Shown in pieces: positions 19,271 to 30,522 of a DNA stretch of 64,000 bases. A model generated the notes under the pieces. It ran no database searches. It saw only the letters and a program-made list of their open reading frames with translations, and was not told the DNA's origin. Source of the DNA: Spirochaetia bacterium (lineage in GTDB: Bacteria; Spirochaetota; Spirochaetia; SP-2023). Where the stretch lies: the NCBI GenBank assembly GCA_965263295.1, contig OZ253665.1, positions 1,216,001 through 1,280,000 on the forward strand, read 5' to 3'. Within the stretch, counting starts at the first letter, position 1; every line of letters starts with the position of its first letter. A program made the translations under genes and the position numbers.

Positions 19271-20308
19271 ATGACAAACTCGAATAAAGCACTGGGCATA
19301 AATGTGGCCAAATGCCCAAAGTATAAAAAGTCGCGTGCCGCTCAATTTTGGGCAAAACTGCGTCAGAGCTGGCTCCGTCTTAGCCTATCTTTTATCGTTA
19401 CATTATTCATGTATTCCTACTATCAGACAGCAATTCAAGCTGAAGTTTCTTTCACCCTACCATTAATTATAGCTGGCGCACAAGATCGTATCGTTGAACC
19501 GCCTGAAGATGGTCAGGAAGTAACTTTGCATCTAGCTGGGCGCAAACACGATTTAGAGAATCTGCGCAGCAGTGATTTTGAGACTTATGTGCGCCTGCCT
19601 GCCGGTAAAAACGGGGCGCTACAATTACCGGTATATTACCGTGTGCGGAATAATAACGTACAACTCAATAAATACGTCAAAGCAGACTTGGAACCTAAAT
19701 CCGTAGCATTGAATGTCGAACGCGAAACTTCCAAGGAGTTGCCGATTGAAGTGAAAATTCAAGGTTACCCGGCCACTGGCTATAGTTTGGGGGCCTATCA
19801 CATTCACCCCAATCGCATTAATGTCACCGGGCCGAGTTCAGCATTGAAACAACTAGATGCCATCAGTACTAAGCCCATCGACATTACGGGCAAAAGCCAG
19901 CCTTTCCAGCAAATCATAGATATGGAACAGCCTGAACCGGCCAATGGTCACAGCCCCACGAATCTACGCTTAGCATTCAAAACAGCCCAGGTACAAATCC
20001 AGATTGACGCCCGTTCAGAGACTCAAACTTTTGCCTTAGAGCCCCTGCTAATCAACCTGCCCAGTAACTTGACACTTGAAAATATTTTACCCAATGAAGT
20101 TCAGTTAACGCTACAAAGCAATCGTGATATTCTACGAGATATTGAAGAAGGCAGTTACGATATTCGTATTGAATTAGATGCCGGAGACATTTTTACTGCC
20201 GGGCGCTATGCCCTTCCCGTGATGGTCAATGGGCTACCTCAAGGCATTTCTTTGCTCAGCATTACACCCAACCGCGTCAGTGTCGTTATCGCGGCAAATT
20301 ATAAATAA
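19271..20308 (+). CDS. cdaR: CdaR/YbbR-domain regulator of CdaA
   Basis: Single TM plus repeated YbbR-like modules (G.PA.GY...P.RI.VTGP); directly downstream of cdaA. Confidence 0.85.
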   Translation: MTNSNKALGINVAKCPKYKKSRAAQFWAKLRQSWLRLSLSFIVTLFMYSYYQTAIQAEVSFTLPLIIAGAQDRIVEPPEDGQEVTLHLAGRKHDLENLRSSDFETYVRLPAGKNGALQLPVYYRVRNNNVQLNKYVKADLEPKSVALNVERETSKELPIEVKIQGYPATGYSLGAYHIHPNRINVTGPSSALKQLDAISTKPIDITGKSQPFQQIIDMEQPEPANGHSPTNLRLAFKTAQVQIQIDARSETQTFALEPLLINLPSNLTLENILPNEVQLTLQSNRDILRDIEEGSYDIRIELDAGDIFTAGRYALPVMVNGLPQGISLLSITPNRVSVVIAANYK

Positions 20309-20326
20309 TCAAGACTCTTTAAAAAT

Positions 20327-22396
20327 CTAGCGCAACCGGTGTAACTGCCAAGAAAACATGGAATCTGGCAGTTGTTGTAACTGGCTATCGAAACTCTGCC
20401 ATATTTCGCCCAGTGGGAAAAAGGCCAGTTTCAACGGCTGACCCGGTTGTAGTTTTTGCAGCAAACGTCCCCAAAACAAGGGTATATTGCCATTGTCAAA
20501 AGCTCCCGGATCGGCTTGATAAGCCAGCAATTCAGCCAATGGGTCAAACTGAAACCAGCCAAAATCCGGTAAATAGATTTCCAGCCAGAAATAGGGGTGC
20601 AAATTACTTGTCCCCTGCGGGGATAGCGGCAACTGTGCCTGTGCACCAGAAATAATCCGTGCAGGAATATCAAGTTCTGTAAAACCTCTCAATAACAGCA
20701 ACAAAATCTGCTCTGGAGCCCATTGTGTATTGTTATCATTCTCGCTCAACTGCAAGTTGCCAGCTTCATTCAGCAGTTCTTGTGGCCAAGAGCGAATCAA
20801 AAGCCGGCGCAGCTCGCTCTCCTGGAGGCCGGCAGGACAAAGCCAAGAAGTGATCTGAAGTCCCAGCTCTGCATGCAAACTATCAGATAGATACACAGGC
20901 GACAGCTTCAATTCACGTACAGCTATTTTGTAAAGCTCCACGGCCTTCTCGTACGGACTCAATCGTCCATCCTTTAGGCTTAGAACAGATGTCCAGCTAG
21001 GGACTTCATAAGCCTGCAAGATCGCCCGGTTGCTTTGTAACTGATAGGCCAACTGCTTTAACTCCTGCCAATTATAAGTCTGACTCTTACTATTCGCAGG
21101 CGGCTCCTGCAGCCAGGAAGCATAAGAAAAATCCAGGTAAAGAGCCTTTTCCAGCAGAGCTATTTCCTCTCGCGCCGCTATTTTTCCCGCCAAAGGTATT
21201 CGACTGAAATCCGCACCGTGTAACAAGCAGCTACGTCCATATTTTTGCGCTGCCTTCGGGGGCACCGGCAAAAAACTTAGGTTCAATACTGGTAAAACAA
21301 TAGAGTTATTCGACTTCGACGGAACATCAGAAACCAAACCATTGGGGGCTTCAATTGGTCTAAGATTGTGCCAACGCTGATAGAGTTCGTTGCGCGGCCA
21401 CTTCAACTGCAGCAAGCGACGGAAGACATCCGCATCGCCAGACTGCGACGAATGCAGCTGGCCAGAACGACCGACTTGTTTTTTCAGATATTGTTCGCGA
21501 AGCTCTAATAACTTCTGATACAGACCCTCTTCCGTTTTTTCCGGCTCTGCTAGAATATCTGGAGATATCTGCAAAATAGGGCTGGGCAGCACCTCAGAAG
21601 CCAGCTGTAAATTCAGGCGCAAAAGAGCATCCTCCGCAAAATTATCTTTACGACCTGCCTGCTGGGCATTTCGATTTCGCGCTGCCGGTATAAATAAACT
21701 ATTACTGCTCTGTAAACTCCCTCCAATTGTACGCACCAAGAATACAGAGCCTTGAACCACTTCCTGTGGCAGTTTTAAGCGTATAAGCTGATTGCCCCAT
21801 GACAAAACTTCTGACATCTGTAAGATACGGTACTGTTCCAATTTCGCGGGATCAAAATACAAATTCGGGCGCTGCTCTATCTGCCGCCCAAATAATAGCA
21901 ACTGATCCTGGTAGCGGAAACCAAAATTTTGCCCGCGGATCTCTAGAATTGGAGGGCGACTGGAGATCAGTTTGAACGTTTCCAATACAGGAAAATCCTT
22001 CACTTGACGATTTTGCTGCACCTGTGGCAACGAATCCTCATTCCACACGGGAATATATTGGCTGGTAATATGGCCCCGCTTGAGTTGTACTGTGGCATAC
22101 GCAAAAGGTTTGAGAATGAAAATCTGGATCTCATTATCACTCCACTTGAGTAAATGCCCCGGACTAATATCCCGCTGATTTACCAGTATCTGGGCCGTAC
22201 CTAAGTGTCCGAAACGCTTTCCCCAGATGCTCAGCACCACCCGTTCGCCTTCGTCCTGTTGTTCATAACCATTGACCGTAAGTTCTGGATGAAAACTAAA
22301 ACACCGACAGCATAATAACGTCGTCGCCGCAAGCAATACGGAACCCCAAAAAGGATTTTTAAATCGTATCTCTTTAATTTTATCCTTTTGAAGCAT
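20327..22396 (-). CDS. Putative lipoprotein with IPT/TIG-like repeats and degenerate transglutaminase-like domain
   Basis: GKRFG...WSDNEI and GQNFG...SWGNQLI TIG-like motifs; C-terminal IPARIISG...YFWLEIYLPDFGWFQFDP. Confidence 0.6.
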   Translation of the reverse strand: MLQKDKIKEIRFKNPFWGSVLLAATTLLCCRCFSFHPELTVNGYEQQDEGERVVLSIWGKRFGHLGTAQILVNQRDISPGHLLKWSDNEIQIFILKPFAYATVQLKRGHITSQYIPVWNEDSLPQVQQNRQVKDFPVLETFKLISSRPPILEIRGQNFGFRYQDQLLLFGRQIEQRPNLYFDPAKLEQYRILQMSEVLSWGNQLIRLKLPQEVVQGSVFLVRTIGGSLQSSNSLFIPAARNRNAQQAGRKDNFAEDALLRLNLQLASEVLPSPILQISPDILAEPEKTEEGLYQKLLELREQYLKKQVGRSGQLHSSQSGDADVFRRLLQLKWPRNELYQRWHNLRPIEAPNGLVSDVPSKSNNSIVLPVLNLSFLPVPPKAAQKYGRSCLLHGADFSRIPLAGKIAAREEIALLEKALYLDFSYASWLQEPPANSKSQTYNWQELKQLAYQLQSNRAILQAYEVPSWTSVLSLKDGRLSPYEKAVELYKIAVRELKLSPVYLSDSLHAELGLQITSWLCPAGLQESELRRLLIRSWPQELLNEAGNLQLSENDNNTQWAPEQILLLLLRGFTELDIPARIISGAQAQLPLSPQGTSNLHPYFWLEIYLPDFGWFQFDPLAELLAYQADPGAFDNGNIPLFWGRLLQKLQPGQPLKLAFFPLGEIWQSFDSQLQQLPDSMFSWQLHRLR

Positions 22397-22424
22397 GATT
22401 ATCAGATAATAAAATTTCTATAAC

Positions 22425-23930
22425 CTAATAATCACGCGCTTTCAACACAGAGCCTTGGGCTGTATCGACAATCTGATAACCTGCAGCCTGAAGTTGAGTA
22501 CGCAACTCGTCGGCCCGCCTATAGTTCTTGGCGAGACGAGCTTTATCCCGCTCGGCTAAAAGCTCTAAATACGTCTGCGGTATTTCAGACTCATCAGCCT
22601 CGGCGCTAAAAAGGCCAAGCTGTAAAAAAGCCTCTCCAAACTCTAAAACAGCCAGTTTATCCGCAGCATTCAATCCGTCATCTTTGAGGGCGTTCCACAA
22701 AGCAGCCAAAGCTTTTGGCGTGTGTAAGTCCTGCAGTAAAGCTTCCCAGAATTCTTTTATATAAGAGTTAAGCAGATTCTTAGCTTCGATTTTTTGTACC
22801 TGAGGACTCAAAGCAACGCATCCGGTCTGCAATCGTCCCACTTGGCCTTTCAGTTCATAGGCTCTTTGCCGCAAACGCTTGCGACTCTTCTGAGCCCCTT
22901 CTAAAGCCTGAAAACGGAACTGAACTTGACTGCGATAATGGACGCCAAGTAAAAAATAGCGGTAGTCCAGTGCGCTAAAACCTCTATTTTCAAGCATAGC
23001 CAGAGTCAAGGCATTACCGCTGCTCTTGGAAATCTTGTCGCCGTCACGGACGAGATGATCGCCTTCCGCGATTTTCTGTATAACGACAAACTCATTATGT
23101 AACCAGTAACGTACCCAAGGTTTCTGCTCTTCCGGCAAAACACTCTCGGACTGCGCAATTTCGTTGGGATGGTGTACCATTTTGTGGTCGACTCCGCCAC
23201 AATGTATATCAATTTGTGAACCGAGAAACCGGCTTGCCATGGCACTACATTCGATATGCCAGCCCGGATAGCCACGCCCCCAAGGAGAATCCCACTGCAT
23301 GGCCTGGTCGGCAAACTTGCCGTTAGAGAACCACAACACAAAATCACGCTGGCTTTTCTTTGCCGAGTCAGTTCCTGTTCGCGAAAGCATAGTTTCTTCC
23401 GAAACCGGCTTGAGACCAGCTAAACGGCCATAATCGTCAAGTTTACTGGTATCAAAATAAAGGTTACCGTTGCTGTAGTAAGTAAAACCGGCCTCTACAA
23501 TTTCATGAATCAGCTTCTGCATATCAGCGATATGGTCGGAAGCCCGGCAAACCACATCGGGACGGATAATATGCATCTTGCCGCAATCACGAAAAAACGC
23601 CTGGGTGTAATAATCGGCGATTTCTCGCTCTGTTTTACCCGCGGCACGGGCGCTGAGCGCAACCTTATCTTCCCCCTCATCACCATCGTCAGTCAGGTGC
23701 CCAACATCGGTAATATTCATAACATGCTTCAAGTCATACCCGAGCGCCAACAATATCCGATGCAGCACATCCTGTACCGTATACGCTCTCAGGTTGCCGA
23801 TATGGGCATAACTATAAACAGTGGGCCCGCAGCAATACATCAGAACTTTTTCTGGCTGTCGCGGCCGAAAGGATTCCAAACGGTTGCCATCACTATTATA
23901 AAGTTTCAATTCACCTAACTGTATATCCAT
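22425..23930 (-). CDS. cysS: Cysteine--tRNA ligase
   Basis: CGPTVY..AHIGN, NITDVGH, GYPGWHIECSAM and KISKS motifs. Confidence 0.98.
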   Translation of the reverse strand: MDIQLGELKLYNSDGNRLESFRPRQPEKVLMYCCGPTVYSYAHIGNLRAYTVQDVLHRILLALGYDLKHVMNITDVGHLTDDGDEGEDKVALSARAAGKTEREIADYYTQAFFRDCGKMHIIRPDVVCRASDHIADMQKLIHEIVEAGFTYYSNGNLYFDTSKLDDYGRLAGLKPVSEETMLSRTGTDSAKKSQRDFVLWFSNGKFADQAMQWDSPWGRGYPGWHIECSAMASRFLGSQIDIHCGGVDHKMVHHPNEIAQSESVLPEEQKPWVRYWLHNEFVVIQKIAEGDHLVRDGDKISKSSGNALTLAMLENRGFSALDYRYFLLGVHYRSQVQFRFQALEGAQKSRKRLRQRAYELKGQVGRLQTGCVALSPQVQKIEAKNLLNSYIKEFWEALLQDLHTPKALAALWNALKDDGLNAADKLAVLEFGEAFLQLGLFSAEADESEIPQTYLELLAERDKARLAKNYRRADELRTQLQAAGYQIVDTAQGSVLKARDY

Positions 23931-23972
23931 GAATCTACCTTTAAACTTCTTGAAAATAGAAGCTATAGCATT

Positions 23973-24641
23973 CTACGAGTTTTGCAAGAATTTTAAAACC
24001 TTCTCTGTGTTCTTTTGAAAGCGCTTTAAATACTGATCTTGCTCTCCCTGCAAAAATACCAAGTCGCTAAGTTGTTCCAAATGCACCGGGTCTGCAGAAG
24101 GGCTTTGGAGCAATTCATATTTTTTAAACACAATTAGTTGTTCTATACTATACTTTAGCTCGTTAATCATCAATTGCAAATCATTTATTTCTTTTTTACA
24201 CCATGGTTTCCAATAGATTTCACTCAGCAAAATATGATCGTACATCTTATCCCATTCACTGCTGAACTGCTGCCATCTCTTCAGGAAAACATGGCGGTAT
24301 ATCTGCGCTTCATCTTGAGGCTGAAGACTCGCAGGATTTTTATTTTGGTACTTAAGCGGATACTCAGAAGTCTGGATCAGAGGGCTGCGCAGCGAGCGGT
24401 AGCGGTCACGCAAACGCACGATACTTTGCATCAATTGAAAAATTAAGTTCTGCTGCTGATCGTCTTTTTCCTGGCGGCGCAGAAAGTGAAAGCCCTGAAT
24501 CACTAGAGCAAACATCGCAACTGTAGAAAATAGGAGCAAGATATTGAGCAACCCACTCTGATCTAAAAAATTACTAAAGGTAAAAAGGCCGTGCTGCAAC
24601 TTTTGGAAAAAGGAGCCGTCCGAAATTGAATCAGGCGTCAT
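23973..24641 (-). CDS. Hypothetical membrane-anchored helical protein
   Basis: 222-aa ORF with one TM helix; upstream TTGCCT-17-TATATT promoter. Confidence 0.6.
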   Translation of the reverse strand: MTPDSISDGSFFQKLQHGLFTFSNFLDQSGLLNILLLFSTVAMFALVIQGFHFLRRQEKDDQQQNLIFQLMQSIVRLRDRYRSLRSPLIQTSEYPLKYQNKNPASLQPQDEAQIYRHVFLKRWQQFSSEWDKMYDHILLSEIYWKPWCKKEINDLQLMINELKYSIEQLIVFKKYELLQSPSADPVHLEQLSDLVFLQGEQDQYLKRFQKNTEKVLKFLQNS

Positions 24642-24713
24642 TGCCCAAAGAATATAGCCATAGCCAGGATCTTAGGCAAGCCCCAATCCCGCCCCTGAAA
24701 ACACTAGATAAAC

Positions 24714-25172
24714 TTAAAGACGCGCATATTGCGTTCCCGCATGCTGACCAGCCTGGATATCTTGATAATCCCCTTCCTGAATATGGCCTTTCCAGCAAGT
24801 TATGGAATCCGTAATGTGAACATTAAAATAGCCGAACTCACTGAGGATTTGGGCCACATTCTGTGCCTCTCTGCGATTTGAACCGTAAACCACAACTAAA
24901 ATGAAAAGATCGTCAGTTGGCAAAAGGCCATTACAAGTACGAGCGGGAATATTGATTGCCGTGGGGATATGGCCACGCCGATAGGCTTCCTCTGGGCGCA
25001 CATCGACCAAGTAATAGCTAATCCCCTCACTGCGAATCAACTCTTCAAGTTGACTGCCGTCAAATTCTAAAATTACCCCCTGCTCTATCGGTTCCCGGTT
25101 ATACCGAGTCACAACATACCACCACAGTAAAATCGCCAAGAAGACTAATGAGACTAGCGTGTAAAATTCCAT
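24714..25172 (-). CDS. Rhodanese-like domain protein with N-terminal TM
   Basis: LVDVRPEEAYRRGHIPTAINIP; active-site loop reads VVYGSN, with no Cys. Confidence 0.85.
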   Translation of the reverse strand: MEFYTLVSLVFLAILLWWYVVTRYNREPIEQGVILEFDGSQLEELIRSEGISYYLVDVRPEEAYRRGHIPTAINIPARTCNGLLPTDDLFILVVVYGSNRREAQNVAQILSEFGYFNVHITDSITCWKGHIQEGDYQDIQAGQHAGTQYARL

Positions 25173-25330
25173 GGCCTAGAACGGTGCACTCCTTGTTTGC
25201 CTCATAAATATCTATAATTATACAGAACGCTTATACTGCTGTGGTTTCAAGTGACAGAAAGCCTGTATATCAGAGCAGGCTACAGCAATTATCGGAAACT
25301 AAATAAAATTATTAACAGAATATTCAAAAT

Positions 25331-25390
25331 AAAAGGAACTCATGAAAGCATATAAATGAATATCAATACGCTTTCATGAGTTCCTTTTTT
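25331..25390. terminator. Long hairpin terminator downstream of groEL
   Basis: AAAAGGAACTCATGAAAGC...GCTTTCATGAGTTCCTTTT, 19-bp perfect inverted repeat. Confidence 0.85.
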
Positions 25391-25438
25391 AAGCAGAGAT
25401 AAAAGCTGCTTGCTTGGCTGAAATTGCAAGCAAAGTAC

Positions 25439-27148
<1,710 letters not shown>

Positions 27149-27230
27149 TTACAAAATTTGTTTGCAGACGGCAAGAAAAAAATCAAAAAGATTTCTTGTT
27201 TTTGAGCTTTGGCTCCAATATCCTGTATCC

Positions 27231-27689
27231 ATGAAGTGTCCACGCTGCTCGTGTCTCGACAATCGCGTTCTGGACTCGCGCCAGAACAGTCAAGGGACTT
27301 CAATCCGCAGGCGGCGCGAATGCAGTAGCTGCGGTTTCCGTTTTACCGCCCACGAAGAAATTGACGCGATCACCATGCGGGTGCATAAACAAAACGGCCA
27401 GATTCAGGATTTCGACTGGCAGAAACTGCGCAACGGCGTAAGTCGCTCCATTGAAAAACGCCAGATCAGCATGAATAAGGTCGAAGAATTTTTCAATAAA
27501 CTGGAAGCGAGCTTCACCGAACGCAGTTATAAAAAAAAGCAGTTGACCAGTGACGAAATAGGAGAAACCGTGCTGCGCCACTTACGTGAATTCGATATCA
27601 TTGCCTACATTCGTTTTGCCTCTGTCTATAAAAAGTTCAATTCACTTGAAGAGTTTGTGCAAATCATCACAGAATTACAGAGCAGCTAG
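27231..27689 (+). CDS. nrdR: Transcriptional repressor NrdR
   Basis: MKCPRC...VLDSR...IRRRRECSSCGFRF zinc ribbon, ATP-cone and AYIRFASVYK. True start is ATG27231, not 26922. Confidence 0.96.
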   Translation: MKCPRCSCLDNRVLDSRQNSQGTSIRRRRECSSCGFRFTAHEEIDAITMRVHKQNGQIQDFDWQKLRNGVSRSIEKRQISMNKVEEFFNKLEASFTERSYKKKQLTSDEIGETVLRHLREFDIIAYIRFASVYKKFNSLEEFVQIITELQSS

Positions 27690-27878
27690 GCTCCTGCCCT
27701 TAAATTCCGGTTGCCTTTTTCACCATTTGAATCCTAAATAATAGAATCTAGTGGCGTAGCTCAACAAGAAAAAAGATTCTTATCTAACTGCAGAAATTTT
27801 GGCCAATTGCAACGCTGGTAATTCTTTGTAGCAGCCTTGGAGCGCTTTGGCCTACTATTTAGCTGGCCTGAGAGCTGA

Positions 27879-28400
27879 CTAGAACATATAGCCCAACCAA
27901 TCCACATGCCCGCCGGCCCAAGTTTTACCACTTATCGACTTGATATGGAGCTCATCGACGTATTCTACTGCCACGCCATAATTTGTGTGATTATGAAGTC
28001 TTAGCCAAGAATTTATCCCTGAAATACGCGAATAACCTTGAGACGCATAAAAATCTTTTAGCTCAGAAATGAGGATTATAAAGTCCACGTCTTTATTCTC
28101 GGCAAAACTTGATAATTCAGAAAGCATTGCCCAACCAATACCACGACCACGGAAGGCTTTTTCGACACAAAAGTCGATCACACCAAGAACCTTGTAGGCT
28201 TCGCCCCCTGCACTGATTACCCGATAATCCAGACCCATATGCCCAAGCAACTGTTTATCTTGGTACTCTAAAGCGCGCATATGAGGCAGTTGCTTAAAAT
28301 AAGAACGCTCGGTTTGATGCTCTGGAAATGACGAATTTCGGAGCGTTCTGATAGCATCATGCTGTTCTCGCGACAAATCAATTTCAGGGATAATGTCCAC
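27879..28400 (-). CDS. GNAT family N-acetyltransferase
   Basis: Motif A VEKAFRGRGIG and FYASQGY; SD GAGG upstream of GTG. Confidence 0.9.
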   Translation of the reverse strand: MDIIPEIDLSREQHDAIRTLRNSSFPEHQTERSYFKQLPHMRALEYQDKQLLGHMGLDYRVISAGGEAYKVLGVIDFCVEKAFRGRGIGWAMLSELSSFAENKDVDFIILISELKDFYASQGYSRISGINSWLRLHNHTNYGVAVEYVDELHIKSISGKTWAGGHVDWLGYMF

Positions 28401-28438
28401 ATTTTTCCTCTAAGATAGCATTAGTTGTGATTATTGGG

Positions 28439-28828
28439 CTATAAACTTTTAAATTCTTTATCTAATTCAAAAGTGTCTGAGGTGACGAACGCTTCAATGT
28501 CGCAAAGCTTTCCCTCAAGCCCATCAAAGTCCTTCTCAAGAGTCGCTAAAAGAGTGCCTGGAGTCTGACTTTGCTGCCAGGGCTCGATTTTCAGCCTATG
28601 CTCCTGCTCGGATTCCATGGCTTCCACATAATTGGCTGGCTGTTTTTCCAGCATAAATGTCATCGCGATATAGGCAAGTAATACCAGAAAACTGCCACCG
28701 AGCAGCGCGGCGGATATCACTAAGGTTCGAATAAGCCAGGTTTTAGTACCAAAGTGGTTCGCCAGTCCGGCACAGACGCCTGATATCTTGCCGTTGGTTG
28801 TGTCGCGATACAGTTTTCGCTTATTCAT
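28439..28828 (-). CDS. pspC: Phage shock protein C
   Basis: LYRDTTNGKISGVCAGLANHFG plus the gammaproteobacterial C-terminal coil ending IEAFVTSDTFELDKEFKSL. Confidence 0.93.
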   Translation of the reverse strand: MNKRKLYRDTTNGKISGVCAGLANHFGTKTWLIRTLVISAALLGGSFLVLLAYIAMTFMLEKQPANYVEAMESEQEHRLKIEPWQQSQTPGTLLATLEKDFDGLEGKLCDIEAFVTSDTFELDKEFKSL

Positions 28829-29051
28829 AACGACGTCTCCAGCTTGGTGTCTCTACATCCAGAATACGCTCCAATATATCTAAACGCTTCTGCATTTGCT
28901 CTGCTCTCTCAGAAAGCGTTTGCAACCTTTGAAAATCTTCCTCAGACAATTTGTGCGCCATTTTCTTCTTGCTACGGTAATGAAGTATCAACCACAATGG
29001 GGCGACGAAAATCAAAAAGACAATCAGAGGGGCAACAAACAAAGACGACAT
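28821..29051 (-). CDS. pspB: Phage shock protein B
   Basis: PLIVFLIFVAPLWLILHYRSK...RLDILERILD.E.P.WR; SD AGGAG 6 nt before ATG29051. Confidence 0.93.
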   Translation of the reverse strand: MSSLFVAPLIVFLIFVAPLWLILHYRSKKKMAHKLSEEDFQRLQTLSERAEQMQKRLDILERILDVETPSWRRRYE

Positions 29052-29130
29052 AAGCAACTCCTAAATAAAGAACAGTTTAACACAAACAGGATATCGACTC
29101 TGCCGCAAGCTGACATAAAATCAAAATTAA

Positions 29131-29391
29131 AGATCTAGATAAGATTAGGGTGAATTTTGACGCAGGAGTTTTAATAGAATCCGATACCAAGCTAAACTCC
29201 TGTGATTCCATCTAAACCCACACTTTTTCAGATGCAGGAGAAAATTTTCTCCGCTGAATCTATTGAATCTGGCGGATTGGGCTAAGTGGCGTTCCGCAAA
29301 GTTTCAAAACTATTCAAAACAATTTATATGATTTTTATCCCTTGCAAACTGATTAAATATGCTATCTACCATTATAATCTTGTCTAGGCCT
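29131..29391 (-). mobile_element. ~260-bp MITE-like derivative of an IS1595-family (IS1016 group) element
   Basis: Terminal IRs AGATCTAGATAAGATTA / TAATCTTGTCTAGGCCT with TTAA on both flanks. Interior (minus strand) reads NQFARDKNHINCFE*F*NFAERHL...FLLHLKKCGFRWNHR...ILLKLLRQNSP*. Confidence 0.85.
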
Positions 29392-29420
29392 TTAATGATT
29401 AATATGTATGAATTCTCGAA

Positions 29421-30230
29421 TTAATCAGGTAAAAATATATCCATTTTTATCGCGGTATAAGCTTGTCCGGTCAGCACAACATTATTCCCTGTGATCTCAA
29501 CACAGATTTCACCACCACGTTGAGAAATCTGTGATGCTGAAAATTTCGTTTGGCTTCCTTCCTGGGCAAGCAGGCTAGCGACAGCGCTGTGCGCAGTTCC
29601 GGTCACGGGATCTTCATCAATGCCTTTCTGCGGAGCGAAATAACGGCAAACATAATCGTCTGTATTTCCAGGGGCTGCGATAATCACACCCGGAAGTGGT
29701 AGTGCCAGCAATTTGTCACGTTCAGGCGTAAAGTCCCTCACTGCATCCTCATTTTTTAGCCACAACAGATAGGAACGTCCTTTGTAGATTTTCTGAGCCG
29801 GGGTTACTGCCGTTTCAACTTGAGCAATTTCCGCCGGGTCTTCGCAGACCAGCATATCGATAGTAAGCATTATCATTTCATATTCGCTTGCTTTTTTTCT
29901 GACATAAAGTGATTTACTTCCGGCCAGAAAGGCAATCTCACGCGCATCTGGCTCGCAGAGGCTAAATACAATATGGGCCGCCCCTAGTGTGCCATGCCCA
30001 CAGATGTCCAGCTCTGTCTCAGAAGTAAACCAGCGAATCTTGTACTGGCCAGAAAGAGGGGCTTTGCAGATAAAACCCACTTCAGGTAAACGAGATTCTG
30101 CCACGATCCTTTTTAGAAAATCGCTATTCATGTCGGTCTCCAAAAGCACCACTCCTGCAGGATTGCCGGCGAAAGGGCGGTTGGAGAAAGCATTGACAAC
30201 ATATAGCTTAATGACAGGCATAAATTTCAT
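29421..30230 (-). CDS. PhzF-family isomerase
   Basis: VNAFS..PFAGNPAGVV, IRWFT...ELDICGHGTL and RYFAP..GIDEDPVTGTAH motifs. Confidence 0.92.
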   Translation of the reverse strand: MKFMPVIKLYVVNAFSNRPFAGNPAGVVLLETDMNSDFLKRIVAESRLPEVGFICKAPLSGQYKIRWFTSETELDICGHGTLGAAHIVFSLCEPDAREIAFLAGSKSLYVRKKASEYEMIMLTIDMLVCEDPAEIAQVETAVTPAQKIYKGRSYLLWLKNEDAVRDFTPERDKLLALPLPGVIIAAPGNTDDYVCRYFAPQKGIDEDPVTGTAHSAVASLLAQEGSQTKFSASQISQRGGEICVEITGNNVVLTGQAYTAIKMDIFLPD

Positions 30231-30522
30231 TTTATCGCAGAACCCACAAAGTCTTGCAATTTATTGACGTTTATTTAGAGATAATAGCCAACCGAATTAG
30301 AAAGTTCCCAACGAGACTATAGTTCGGAGGGATCATAATTATTTGTGATAAATCGCCGCCTGGAAGTTGCAATGTCTTAATTCAATGGTATTTTCCAGCG
30401 CGACGACAGCCTGTTATTTTAATCCAGGCGTATCACAGTATCCTTCCAGAAGCTGGACCACGTTTGCGTGTATGCTCATCTTCCAACTCGCCGACAGATG
30501 CATCCGCATTCATTAAAAAAAA

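Noticed and set aside
27770..27880. GTTAGAT core downstream of the GNAT gene as an integron attC site
   Set aside because: No matching RYYYAAC inverse core near the stop codon and no convincing L-box palindrome.
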